Virus record (IMG/VR): IMGVR_UViG_2974666281_000001
Coordinates: 96,001-160,000 of that record
Reading direction: 5' to 3' (one strand)
DNA length: 64,000 nucleotides
From: a virus
Lineage: Duplodnaviria > Caudoviricetes
Both the position numbers and the translations under genes were made by a program. The notes beneath the pieces are model-generated. The model searched no databases, was not told the origin of the DNA, and saw only the letters and a list, made by a program, of their open reading frames with translations. Shown piece by piece: positions 33,245 to 41,426 of the stretch; positions within the stretch are counted from its first letter, which is position 1; the number at the start of each line of letters is the position of its first letter.

Positions 33245-33425
33245 CGTTTGCAGCCTTCAAAAGAGTTAATTCTGATTCAACATGGACCGATTCATTCCCA
33301 TCCGACCACGAAACCATATAGCCTGGTTGAGTTTTGTACTCAGGAATTCCAGGTGTATACATTATAACCACACCTGGAATAGAACCAGACACGTGCTGTA
33401 CAGGAGTGCCTAATTCGAATTTCAT
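33219..33425 (-). CDS. 30.5: gp30.5-like protein
   Basis: LGTPV....IPGVV and YMVSWSDGNE resemble T4 30.5. Confidence 0.75.
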   Translation of the reverse strand: MKFELGTPVQHVSGSIPGVVIMYTPGIPEYKTQPGYMVSWSDGNESVHVESELTLLKAANDDCFEPAC

Positions 33426-33589
33426 TTTATCACTTTAATCCATTCAGGGAAATCGATGAAATCAGGAGCGTCAACTTCACAAATCATTACACCTGCGTTA
33501 ATAGTGATGTTACTAACTTCGACCATTGGGTTGTTTTCTAAAGAAGCCGACAGACGTTTTGCATCAGCAATTTGAACATGAAGAATCAT
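33422..33589 (-). CDS. hypothetical protein (55 aa, absent from ORF track)
   Basis: MILHVQIADAKRLSASLENNPMVEVSNITINAGVMICEVDAPDFIDFPEWIKVIK*; TAATG and ATGA overlaps with both neighbours; GAGG SD. Confidence 0.8.
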   Translation of the reverse strand: MILHVQIADAKRLSASLENNPMVEVSNITINAGVMICEVDAPDFIDFPEWIKVIK

Positions 33590-34035
33590 TATTTCACCTC
33601 GTAAGTAGCGAAAGCTTCGGCAGACTTTTCTAGAACCAGAACACGTACGCCTTCAATAGCATTTTTAATCTGCTTTACTGCAAAGTCTTTAGCAGCTTGT
33701 TCATCAAAAGGACCATGAGCAAAAGGCTGCATACCTTTATTAACTGGGATAGTTAATGTCCAGAACTCTTTCTTTTCAGGTTCAATAAGCTCAAATTTTT
33801 CAGGAATTTCACGAGCTAAGAACAAACACCACAAATCCCAAAACTCCCCAGTGTTGGCACTAAAAGAACCTTTTTCGTTCATGATAGAAATAATGCAACC
33901 GTCAGAGTCCATTTCAGTAACTTCAAAATCACTATACCCAACGTGACGTTCCCAAACGGCACGGAAATTACTACGAGTACCCATTGATTCGATACCAGCT
34001 TTAGTCCACTTGTACTTACGATTTTCAGTAGCCAT
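33589..34035 (-). CDS. hypothetical protein (paralogue family A)
   Basis: 148 aa, GAGGA SD; motifs shared with 34484-35008 and 35016-35486. Confidence 0.8.
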   Translation of the reverse strand: MATENRKYKWTKAGIESMGTRSNFRAVWERHVGYSDFEVTEMDSDGCIISIMNEKGSFSANTGEFWDLWCLFLAREIPEKFELIEPEKKEFWTLTIPVNKGMQPFAHGPFDEQAAKDFAVKQIKNAIEGVRVLVLEKSAEAFATYEVK

Positions 34036-34068
34036 GATATTTTCCTCAAAGGGCCGAAGCCCTGTTTG

Positions 34069-34425
34069 TTAAATGTTGAATTCGTTCAGAACGATGTCGT
34101 AAATTGCTTCGCGTTGTTCTTCAGTAGTTTTCAGACCAAGAATGTGACGAAGATAAAGCTTAACCAGAATTTTACGATTCGAGCCATTCCAAGATGGATG
34201 GGTACCTAAATCACGAGTACGAACATCGTCATGGAAGCCAATTTTAATTACTGAACCTTTCAGAGAAATATCCAGCGTAATCCCGTTTTCAAAACTCATG
34301 AACACATAGTTATCTTCCCAGAACATATCAATCTGAGCCACTGCACCATCTTTATGTTTCCAGAGTAAGATTGGTGCTTGTCCTACATCGTTTACATATT
34401 TACGTTCGAAGTTATGAAAGTTCAT
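34069..34425 (-). CDS. 30.7: gp30.7-like protein
   Basis: MNFHNFERKYV, LWKHKDG, RDLGTHPSWNGSNRKILVK. Confidence 0.88.
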   Translation of the reverse strand: MNFHNFERKYVNDVGQAPILLWKHKDGAVAQIDMFWEDNYVFMSFENGITLDISLKGSVIKIGFHDDVRTRDLGTHPSWNGSNRKILVKLYLRHILGLKTTEEQREAIYDIVLNEFNI

Positions 34426-34440
34426 TTTATTCTCCTTGTT

Positions 34441-34481
34441 GGTGAGAGTCTAATATACCACAGACCCTCACCGTTGTAAAC
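34441..34481 (-). promoter_or_regulatory. early promoter with stem-loop around the -10 box
   Basis: GTTTACA-N17-TATATT; GGTGAGGGTCT / AGACTCTCACC inverted repeat flanks the -10. Confidence 0.8.
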
Positions 34482-34483
34482 AC

Positions 34484-35008
34484 TTAAGAGAACTTAATCT
34501 CTTTTACAACTTTAGCTGTTGATTGTAAACGGAAAATCTCTACAGAAGCATTTGGGTCGCTAGACTTTTCAAGAAATTCTTTTGCAAAATTTTCAGCAGA
34601 ATGTTTATTGAACATTGTCGGAGCAGGGACACCTACAACACGACGGTCTGAATGTTCATAAGAACTTTCAGTTGATTCATTCACAACAACGATATAGTCA
34701 TGCTCTTCAACTACGTCACCATCTTCTGTAAAATATTTGAATTCTTCTTCGGCATCATAGTAGAACCAGAATTTACCATAAGAAGAACTAGTAAATTCTG
34801 GGATAGCAGTAATACGGTCGATAAACTCAATTTCGCCTTGAATACGGATCATAACAACATCATTTTCAGAACCAAGCTGCACTTCAAACGGCTTAGTACC
34901 AATATATTCTGCTATGGCTTTGTTGACACCTGGAGCACAGTCGATAAAATCTTCTTTATCAGCTTTATTCAATGTGTACCATACACCTTCTTTAAAGAAT
35001 TCGCTCAT
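34484..35008 (-). CDS. hypothetical protein (paralogue family A)
   Basis: 174 aa acidic protein, GAGGA SD. Confidence 0.8.
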   Translation of the reverse strand: MSEFFKEGVWYTLNKADKEDFIDCAPGVNKAIAEYIGTKPFEVQLGSENDVVMIRIQGEIEFIDRITAIPEFTSSSYGKFWFYYDAEEEFKYFTEDGDVVEEHDYIVVVNESTESSYEHSDRRVVGVPAPTMFNKHSAENFAKEFLEKSSDPNASVEIFRLQSTAKVVKEIKFS

Positions 35009-35015
35009 TATTTCC

Positions 35016-35486
35016 TCAGCACTTTTCAGTTACAACAACAGGTTCATGTTTCAGAGACACTTTAGAGTGCTTCTGGATGATATAACAATATTCGTACGGA
35101 TATTGTTCAACATAATCACTTGCAAACGTTTGGGCTGATTCTAAATCAACATCATTCAAGCGAATGTAGAATCCATCACCGTCGGTCCCAGCAGTCATTA
35201 CGCTGAACTTTTCTAATTCAGGTTCAGAAGGAGTCAAAGCTATGTATTGAAGCTCACAAGTTCTGAACCATTCTGCAGAAATTCCTACCCCATAGATACC
35301 AGCTTCACGAGGAGTTTTGAAGTCTTCGCTCTTGTCAAAACGAATGGCCTTTATAGGAGCATCAGCATAAGGACGATACGCTTCAAAAGAACGTCCATTG
35401 ATGTAATCAACAATTGCTTGGTTGATAGCAGCAGTGTTAGACCCAGCATCTTCTACGAAGCCTTTAGCATTAATAAGTTTATACAT
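35016..35486 (-). CDS. hypothetical protein (paralogue family A)
   Basis: 156 aa, GAGGA SD. Confidence 0.8.
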   Translation of the reverse strand: MYKLINAKGFVEDAGSNTAAINQAIVDYINGRSFEAYRPYADAPIKAIRFDKSEDFKTPREAGIYGVGISAEWFRTCELQYIALTPSEPELEKFSVMTAGTDGDGFYIRLNDVDLESAQTFASDYVEQYPYEYCYIIQKHSKVSLKHEPVVVTEKC

Positions 35487-35522
35487 ATTTTCCTCAGTAG
35501 GGCTCTTTAGAGCCCGGTTAAA

Positions 35523-35891
35523 TTACTTGATACGAGTCCAATTAGCCAGGTCAATAATACCTTTAGCTTTTATTTTCTCAATCAGATTATCAGCACGAGT
35601 GCGAGCGTTTTCATACCATGTCACGTCTTCAGAGTAGTCATCTTCATCTTCATAAGTCTCAGAACGAATGTGGCCATAAACAGTGCTATTCAGTTTATAG
35701 ATTTCACCTGTGAAGAAGTTTTCAACGGTGATGTAATAAGAAAAATCGTCTGAAGGACCTTCAGGAGTCATACAATGTACAACATCACTTTGGAACTTAC
35801 TTACCATCCACTGAAGTTCGTTAACTGTTTGGGCTTTGTAACCGTCATGGTCATGACACTTAACAGTAGCTTTCAGATTGATAGTTGTCAT
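35523..35891 (-). CDS. 30.8: gp30.8-like protein
   Basis: MTTINLKATVK, VENFFTGEIYKLN, ARTRADNLIEKIK...NWTRIK. Confidence 0.85.
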   Translation of the reverse strand: MTTINLKATVKCHDHDGYKAQTVNELQWMVSKFQSDVVHCMTPEGPSDDFSYYITVENFFTGEIYKLNSTVYGHIRSETYEDEDDYSEDVTWYENARTRADNLIEKIKAKGIIDLANWTRIK

Positions 35892-35921
35892 TTTATTTCT
35901 CCATTTGTTGATTGAGTGTAC

Positions 35922-35950
35922 ATCATATCACAATCCTAGGAGAAGTAAAC
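35922..35950 (-). promoter_or_regulatory. T4-type early promoter for 30.8
   Basis: GTTTAC-N17-TATGAT on the minus strand. Confidence 0.75.
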
Positions 35951-35967
35951 ACCAAAGATACAGATAC

Positions 35968-35993
35968 AAAAATGGGAGACCGAAGTCTCCCAT
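35968..35993 (-). terminator. terminator after 30.9
   Basis: ATGGGAGAC-TTCG-GTCTCCCAT-TTTT on the minus strand. Confidence 0.85.
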
Positions 35994-35996
35994 AAC

Positions 35997-36173
35997 TTAT
36001 GCTTTCTTGCGTGGATTACCAAAAGCAGCATCGTGAGCAATCACTTTACGTGCACGTGATGCCAACTGATCGCCAAGAGGGTCAATACGTTTGTTCGAAG
36101 CACGCTTGTAGCCAGCGCGTTTAGAGGTACCAACGGTTTCTTTTACTGCAGTTTTTGCTTTAGCTTTTGACAT
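35997..36173 (-). CDS. 30.9: gp30.9, small basic protein (58 aa, absent from ORF track)
   Basis: MSKAKAKTAVKETVGTSKRAGYKRASNKRIDPLGDQLASRARKVIAHDAAFGNPRKKA*. Confidence 0.9.
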   Translation of the reverse strand: MSKAKAKTAVKETVGTSKRAGYKRASNKRIDPLGDQLASRARKVIAHDAAFGNPRKKA

Positions 36174-36333
36174 TTCAATTTTCCATAACGGAGTAATAAA
36201 AGAGCTCTAAGTCTTACGGTTTCCCAGCATAGAGCCGTTATTTTAACTTCACACTAAGTAGTGACTCACTGAAGGTTTTAGTTGATTTTACGTCTAGATA
36301 ACCTACAACTATGACCAAGTCCTCGAAGGGTAC

Positions 36334-36582
36334 TTATTTCAAAGTCACTACAAAGTGACGTACTGCTTTACGAGCTGCAGAACACAGAGGTTTAGCATAT
36401 TTCAATTCATCTTGAGAAGCCAGTTCAGTGGCCAGAGCTTTCTGAGAAGGGTTCAGATGTTTGAAATATTCCAGGATGTCAAGAGCTTCAGCTTTAACAT
36501 CGATGCTTGCACCGTAGTTTTCGTGGCCTGCATTCCAAGATTTACGTTGAATGTCGAGAATTGATTTGATGATTTCGTTCAT
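36334..36582 (-). CDS. rIII: lysis inhibition accessory protein RIII
   Basis: GHENYGASIDVKAEAL, YFKHLNP, AARKAVRHFVVTLK; 82 aa. Confidence 0.95.
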   Translation of the reverse strand: MNEIIKSILDIQRKSWNAGHENYGASIDVKAEALDILEYFKHLNPSQKALATELASQDELKYAKPLCSAARKAVRHFVVTLK

Positions 36583-36680
36583 TAAAAAGCCTCAATATGA
36601 GGTAAATATTAGGAGACAATCATCGGTTAACTAAGTTCCGACTGCCATTGTCTCCACCCATGTAAGTTGTTCTTACATTA

Positions 36681-37004
36681 TTATTTATACACGCAAGCCA
36701 GAGACTTATAATGACATGTCACAAACTTCTGGCGAATTTCTTTAGATTGTTTCATACCCAATGCAACCAGTGGATGAGTTACGTTACGTACGCTACCAAC
36801 CGGAAGGGGAGTTAAATCACCGATTTCGACGAAACCTTTAGGAACATCTTCACCGATAGAATAAACTTCACACATATCAGGTAATTGTCCTTGGGTTTCT
36901 TTACCTAAGAGAATACCACCTGCTGAAATTTTTTCGTCGCCTGCTTGTGCCGGCTCAGAAACCAAAATAACATGCTCACCAAGAGCCTTAATTGGAAGTT
37001 CCAT
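36681..37004 (-). CDS. gp31: co-chaperonin gp31 (GroES analogue)
   Basis: [30 protein letters not shown]. Confidence 0.96.
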   Translation of the reverse strand: MELPIKALGEHVILVSEPAQAGDEKISAGGILLGKETQGQLPDMCEVYSIGEDVPKGFVEIGDLTPLPVGSVRNVTHPLVALGMKQSKEIRQKFVTCHYKSLACVYK

Positions 37005-37022
37005 AAAATCCTACATGTTGTT

Positions 37023-37061
37023 AGCCATGAATCAATATTATCATCATGGCTTTAAAGCAAA
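37023..37061 (-). promoter_or_regulatory. middle promoter for gene 31, -10 box in a hairpin loop
   Basis: TTTGCTTTA-N12-TAATAT; AGCCATGA / TCATGGCT inverted repeat flanks the -10. Confidence 0.75.
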
Positions 37062-37385
37062 TTAACCTACAAACTTAACCAGGTGTTCCATCTTCATTCC
37101 GTTAAAGGAAATCAGTTTGTCAATACTGAACCCACGCCACTGTTTGATTTCAGTATCAAACGCAGGAACCATATCAACTGCTTCTTTACGAGGTTTACTT
37201 GGATTCACATAGCTTTCATAGATAGCTGGGTCAACCAGTTTGCCGATTACGTCTTTATCACGAGAAGCTTTCATGACACGCATAGTGCCGTCAGCTTTCT
37301 CAAAGACAATTTCAGAAGTACCCATAGCCAGTTTGGTTTTCAGGACTTCACGCAATGCAACTTTCTGTTCATCAGTTAATTTCAT
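37062..37385 (-). CDS. 31.1: gp31.1, SH3-like beta-barrel protein
   Basis: MKLTDEQKVALREVLKTKL, FEKADGTMR, WRGFSIDKLIS. Confidence 0.9.
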   Translation of the reverse strand: MKLTDEQKVALREVLKTKLAMGTSEIVFEKADGTMRVMKASRDKDVIGKLVDPAIYESYVNPSKPRKEAVDMVPAFDTEIKQWRGFSIDKLISFNGMKMEHLVKFVG

Positions 37386-37949
37386 TTATTCAATTCCACA
37401 AAAGTTTTCGATACGAGTCCAATCTAAAGATTTCAGGTTAACTCGGTTATACTTGATAACTTCGATGCCTGAATCACGAAGGATTTGGTCCCAGTCAGGT
37501 CCATTGTGGTCATAAAGTTCCGCATAGACCAATTTCTTAATACCTGATTGAGCAATAGCTTTAGCGCAATCAGCACAAGGCGATAACGTTACATACATTG
37601 TAGCGCCATCAATAGAAGAACCATTACGAGCTGCAAATAAGATTGCATTTAGTTCTGCATGGATTTCGTTCTGTTTAGACCATACGCTGTGTTCGTTTCT
37701 GAAATCTGCTTTTAGACCAACTTTCCAGTGGTAACCACTTCCTACACCAGGCGTAATTACTTTCTTTTCACCAAGCCAACCTTGTTCAAGGGCATGGTCA
37801 CAACAGTTAACACCACCTGATGGAGAACCGTTGTAGCCAGTAGAAATAATACGCCCATTCTTTTCGATGACTGCACCTACCTTCCAGGAACAGCACTTAG
37901 ACTCTTGAGAAATCAGATACGCGATCTGGAGGTATGTGCTAGCTTTCAT
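37386..37949 (-). CDS. cd: dCMP deaminase
   Basis: SQESKCCSWKVGAVI, HAELNA and SPCADC zinc motifs. Confidence 0.97.
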   Translation of the reverse strand: MKASTYLQIAYLISQESKCCSWKVGAVIEKNGRIISTGYNGSPSGGVNCCDHALEQGWLGEKKVITPGVGSGYHWKVGLKADFRNEHSVWSKQNEIHAELNAILFAARNGSSIDGATMYVTLSPCADCAKAIAQSGIKKLVYAELYDHNGPDWDQILRDSGIEVIKYNRVNLKSLDWTRIENFCGIE

Positions 37950-38290
37950 TATATCACCAAGTAAGTTGTTCGTTTAGTAGAAATCAATTGTAACCCATCA
38001 ATTGGATAAGCAATATTCTGTACCGTACCGATAGTAAGAAATGCACCATCATGGAATCGTTGTTTCTTATCGTTAAAAACAGTTCCCATGTATTGACGAC
38101 CCAATTTTACATCAATTCCTTTAACAGCAATTAAGATTGCATCATACTCTTCTTCAGGAATCATGGACACTGCATGGTCCATACGGATGGCATCTAAAGC
38201 CAGTGCAATACCAGCTTGAGAGATTTCACCACGAATTCCCAGCATGTTGTCTCTGAGAATAGTATCAATTTTATCGTGAAGCGAAGTCAT
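37949..38290 (-). CDS. Cd.1-like hypothetical protein
   Basis: 113 aa; GTVFNDKKQRFHDG motif; position upstream of cd. Confidence 0.7.
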   Translation of the reverse strand: MTSLHDKIDTILRDNMLGIRGEISQAGIALALDAIRMDHAVSMIPEEEYDAILIAVKGIDVKLGRQYMGTVFNDKKQRFHDGAFLTIGTVQNIAYPIDGLQLISTKRTTYLVI

Positions 38291-39287
38291 TGATTTGTCC
38301 TAAAGTATTTACAGTTTGGTCCCAACCAATACAACCATCAGTGATTGAAACGCCATATTTCATGTTGTCTGAAATCTTCTGAGAACCTTCGTTCAGATGA
38401 GATTCAATCATGAAGCCTTTAACACATGGGATACGTGCTTTAAGAACTTCCATCGCAACCGAAGGTTGACGACTGAAATCTTTCTGACTGTTCGCATGAC
38501 TACAATCTACCATAATCTGATAGTTCGCAGGATAGTCACTTTTCATTCGACGTAAATCATCAATCACATCAATGATATCGTCTTCATGATAGTTAGGGCC
38601 GTTGTCTCCACCACGTAGAACAATGTGAGTGTTCTTATTGCCTGGTGCATGAACAACGCCTACTGTTCCGTCTAAATCCATACCTAAGTAACGATGTGGA
38701 TAAGCGGCAGATTTCATAGCGTCGATAGCAACTTGAGCAGAGCCATTTGTACCATTCTTAAAGCCGATACACATAGGCAGACCTGAAGCAATTTCACGAT
38801 GTGTCTGAGATTCAGTTGTACGTGCACCGATTGCGACCCATGAGAAAATACCGGTGAGATATTTAATCGTGAATGAGTCAAGTACTTCAGTCGCTAATGG
38901 CAAACCCATTTGCAGAAGATTAATACACAGCTTGCGGGCTTGCTGAAGACCATCATTAATTTCAAACGAACCGTTAAGCTTAGGGTCGTTAATGAAACCT
39001 TTCCAACCTACTGTAGTACGTGGTTTTTCAAAATAAACACGCATCACAAGCAGAACATTAGGGAGTTTCTTTTGGAGTTCAGCTAATTTTGTACCGTACT
39101 GAATTGCTGAAAACGGGTCATGGATAGAACAAGGACCTACGACAACCAGAGTACGTGGGTCTTCACCAGACATAATAGCATTAACTTTATCGCGATGCTT
39201 TTTAACTTGGGCCTGGATTTCTTCAGTCAAAGGAAGAAGATCGATGATTTCTTTAGGCGAACGTAACTTTTCTACAATAGGTAGCAT
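38271..39287 (-). CDS. aroG: class I DAHP synthase (phospho-2-dehydro-3-deoxyheptonate aldolase, AroF/G/H family)
   Basis: GPCSIHD, MRVYFEKPRTTVGWKG, IGARTTESQTHRE, GFKNGT, LRGG, DCSHANS, ESHL, SITDGCIGW; 338 aa. Confidence 0.96.
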   Translation of the reverse strand: MLPIVEKLRSPKEIIDLLPLTEEIQAQVKKHRDKVNAIMSGEDPRTLVVVGPCSIHDPFSAIQYGTKLAELQKKLPNVLLVMRVYFEKPRTTVGWKGFINDPKLNGSFEINDGLQQARKLCINLLQMGLPLATEVLDSFTIKYLTGIFSWVAIGARTTESQTHREIASGLPMCIGFKNGTNGSAQVAIDAMKSAAYPHRYLGMDLDGTVGVVHAPGNKNTHIVLRGGDNGPNYHEDDIIDVIDDLRRMKSDYPANYQIMVDCSHANSQKDFSRQPSVAMEVLKARIPCVKGFMIESHLNEGSQKISDNMKYGVSITDGCIGWDQTVNTLGQINDFASR

Positions 39288-39517
39288 TAAATTTCCCCGA
39301 GAATATTATGCATTTCTACAAGCCCATCACGAGCATGCAAAAGTTGAGTGTGCTGAGATTTACCTTCATGTTGAATGGAGATAATAACAGCCCGTGGAAC
39401 TAATGGGTCCTGCATCAGACTTACATCAGCCCCAGGAATACGATTAGCCATTTGTTGTGCGAATTCTTTAACTTTAGCCACGAACTCTTCACGACTAATA
39501 GGTTTTTCAGATACCAT
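39287..39517 (-). CDS. cd.2: Cd.2-like protein (true start MVSEKPIS)
   Basis: SEKPISREEFVAKVKEFAQ and DGLVE resemble T4 cd.2; 76 aa. Confidence 0.75.
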   Translation of the reverse strand: MVSEKPISREEFVAKVKEFAQQMANRIPGADVSLMQDPLVPRAVIISIQHEGKSQHTQLLHARDGLVEMHNILGEI

Positions 39518-39518
39518 T

Positions 39519-39785
39519 TTAACCCCAGCTGAAATCGACTCGTACTGGTACACCAGACATATCAGGTTCAGGAATAAAGTTGAAATCAAACACCATACCG
39601 AAAGAATCAGGTTTGATATCTAATGTAACATCAAATTTATACAGCGCCTTTAAAGCCATCATTAAATCTGCATGGATACGAGAAATACAAACTACATCTG
39701 CAGGTTGATACATGTAATTACTTACAACTTGACGAACCAAGACACCTGCCACTTCTTTAAAGGTTGGAAACGAAAATTCATTCAT
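39519..39785 (-). CDS. cd.3: Cd.3-like protein
   Basis: FPTFKEV..VLVRQVVSNYM and RIHA resemble T4 cd.3. Confidence 0.7.
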   Translation of the reverse strand: MNEFSFPTFKEVAGVLVRQVVSNYMYQPADVVCISRIHADLMMALKALYKFDVTLDIKPDSFGMVFDFNFIPEPDMSGVPVRVDFSWG

Positions 39786-40684
39786 TAGAAGTCACCATGA
39801 TTAACTTGCCAACATTCGATACCAATACGACGCCACATCTCAACTACTTGAGCACGGTCATCTACTGCCAGTACCACGTCATAATCTTCTACGATATCGT
39901 TCCAGAAGATTTCTTCTTTTACTACATCATCTTTACGAGAATCACCTTGCTTACGCTGGAAGTGCTTATCCGTATGGATTTTATTTTCAGCAAGCCAATC
40001 AGTAGTAGCATTCATATGCTTCAATGGTTCATCTTTATTACCTGATTCACGGCCAGAGACAGTAAGGATTTTAAACCCTTGTTTTTGAAGCAATTTAAGA
40101 AGCAGAACAACCATCTCACGAGGAGTATCTTCGCTGAGTTTATCAAGGTCATAAGGTGAGCGGTGTTCGTTATCGGCTAATGTTCCATCAAGGTCAAAGA
40201 TAACCGCTTGAGGGCGCCCACTAGGATAATCAGTCGCTACATATGTCATTGGTACAGACATCTTAGCATAGAAACTACGCAGAACATCGATAGGAACTGC
40301 TTTATCACCACGATACTGATTACGCTTCAGAAGCTCGGTCCATGGCACATCAAAACGCTCAAATTCAATTTTAGCATTCAGCTTAGTAGCCAGTTCTTGC
40401 CAAGCTTTAATAGTTGTTGGATTCAAGTTCGTATCAGCAATAATTACGCCTTTAGAACCTTCAATAGAAAGCAAAGCTTCTGCTGAAGCAAACTGAGATT
40501 TAGAGACAGCTTTCTCTTTTGACTTAGTGTATTTGTACTGATTACGATAATCTAATCCGAACAGTTTTTCACGGAAGTCATCGCGTGACAGAATATAGAA
40601 TCCTGGGTTCTTAGAGACGTATTCATTAGCCCAAGTAGTTTTACCTGAACCTGGTGCGCCTTGTGTCAAAATAATCTTTTTCAT
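39785..40684 (-). CDS. pseT: polynucleotide 5'-kinase / 3'-phosphatase
   Basis: P-loop GAPGSGKTT, HAD motif DLDGTL, AVDDRAQVVEMWRRIG...GDF. Confidence 0.97.
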   Translation of the reverse strand: MKKIILTQGAPGSGKTTWANEYVSKNPGFYILSRDDFREKLFGLDYRNQYKYTKSKEKAVSKSQFASAEALLSIEGSKGVIIADTNLNPTTIKAWQELATKLNAKIEFERFDVPWTELLKRNQYRGDKAVPIDVLRSFYAKMSVPMTYVATDYPSGRPQAVIFDLDGTLADNEHRSPYDLDKLSEDTPREMVVLLLKLLQKQGFKILTVSGRESGNKDEPLKHMNATTDWLAENKIHTDKHFQRKQGDSRKDDVVKEEIFWNDIVEDYDVVLAVDDRAQVVEMWRRIGIECWQVNHGDF

Positions 40685-40899
40685 TCTTTCACCAATGAAT
40701 TAATAAAGTCTTGGAGTTCTTTAGAAGCACGTCCCCAGTTTTCATGATAACGTTTCTCATGCCCTTTACGAGCTTGAAGAATCTTAGGGTCTGTTCCTTC
40801 AAGCATAGCGAGTCGTTGAGATTCACGACCATAATTCATTGCTCTGACTTCAGATTCATAAATCAGACCACGAAGATGATACAATTGTTCTTGAGTCAT
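40681..40899 (-). CDS. hypothetical protein
   Basis: 72 aa, ATGA overlaps on both sides. Confidence 0.75.
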   Translation of the reverse strand: MTQEQLYHLRGLIYESEVRAMNYGRESQRLAMLEGTDPKILQARKGHEKRYHENWGRASKELQDFINSLVKE

Positions 40900-41378
40900 A
40901 CACCAAGTTCCTCGTACAAAGCACGACGTGCTTCCTTTAGAATTTTACCAGTTTCGTAAGCAGAATTTTCAGAAACATCGCCTAATACAGCCGCTTGTTG
41001 CATTTGCCCGTGACGTTTTGCTGATTCTTCAAAGTGTTTAACAATATCACGAATTCGTTTCCTTTCAGTTACTTCTTCAATAAAGAAAGGATAATCATTA
41101 ACCGAAGACATGATACGGTACCAATCAGACAAAGGAATATAAGTCTGTTCATTTAGATTGAATACTTTATCTGGGATATTACTATTAGGAGAATAAAATG
41201 TTACCTGTGTGACCATGTCGCCTTTATCAGTTCGAGTCCAGGTATAGTTGAATGTAGCTTTCTTTTCTAGAGGTGTATCAAGGCACGCGCCTAACATCAT
41301 CAACTTACGAAGTTGAGTGCACTTGATTTTAGAGAGATATTCAGGAGAAGAAACAAAACTATTTGTTTGTAAAGCCAT
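40896..41378 (-). CDS. hypothetical protein
   Basis: 160 aa, GAGGA SD. Confidence 0.8.
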   Translation of the reverse strand: MALQTNSFVSSPEYLSKIKCTQLRKLMMLGACLDTPLEKKATFNYTWTRTDKGDMVTQVTFYSPNSNIPDKVFNLNEQTYIPLSDWYRIMSSVNDYPFFIEEVTERKRIRDIVKHFEESAKRHGQMQQAAVLGDVSENSAYETGKILKEARRALYEELGV

Positions 41379-41405
41379 GATATTTTCCTCAAATTTAATT
41401 ATCCG

Positions 41406-41425
41406 TTAGAGCCCGAAGGCTCTAA
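41406..41425 (-). terminator. UUCG hairpin after the spanin operon
   Basis: TTAGAGCC-TTCG-GGCTCTAA on the minus strand; weak U tract. Confidence 0.65.
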
Positions 41426-41426
41426 T

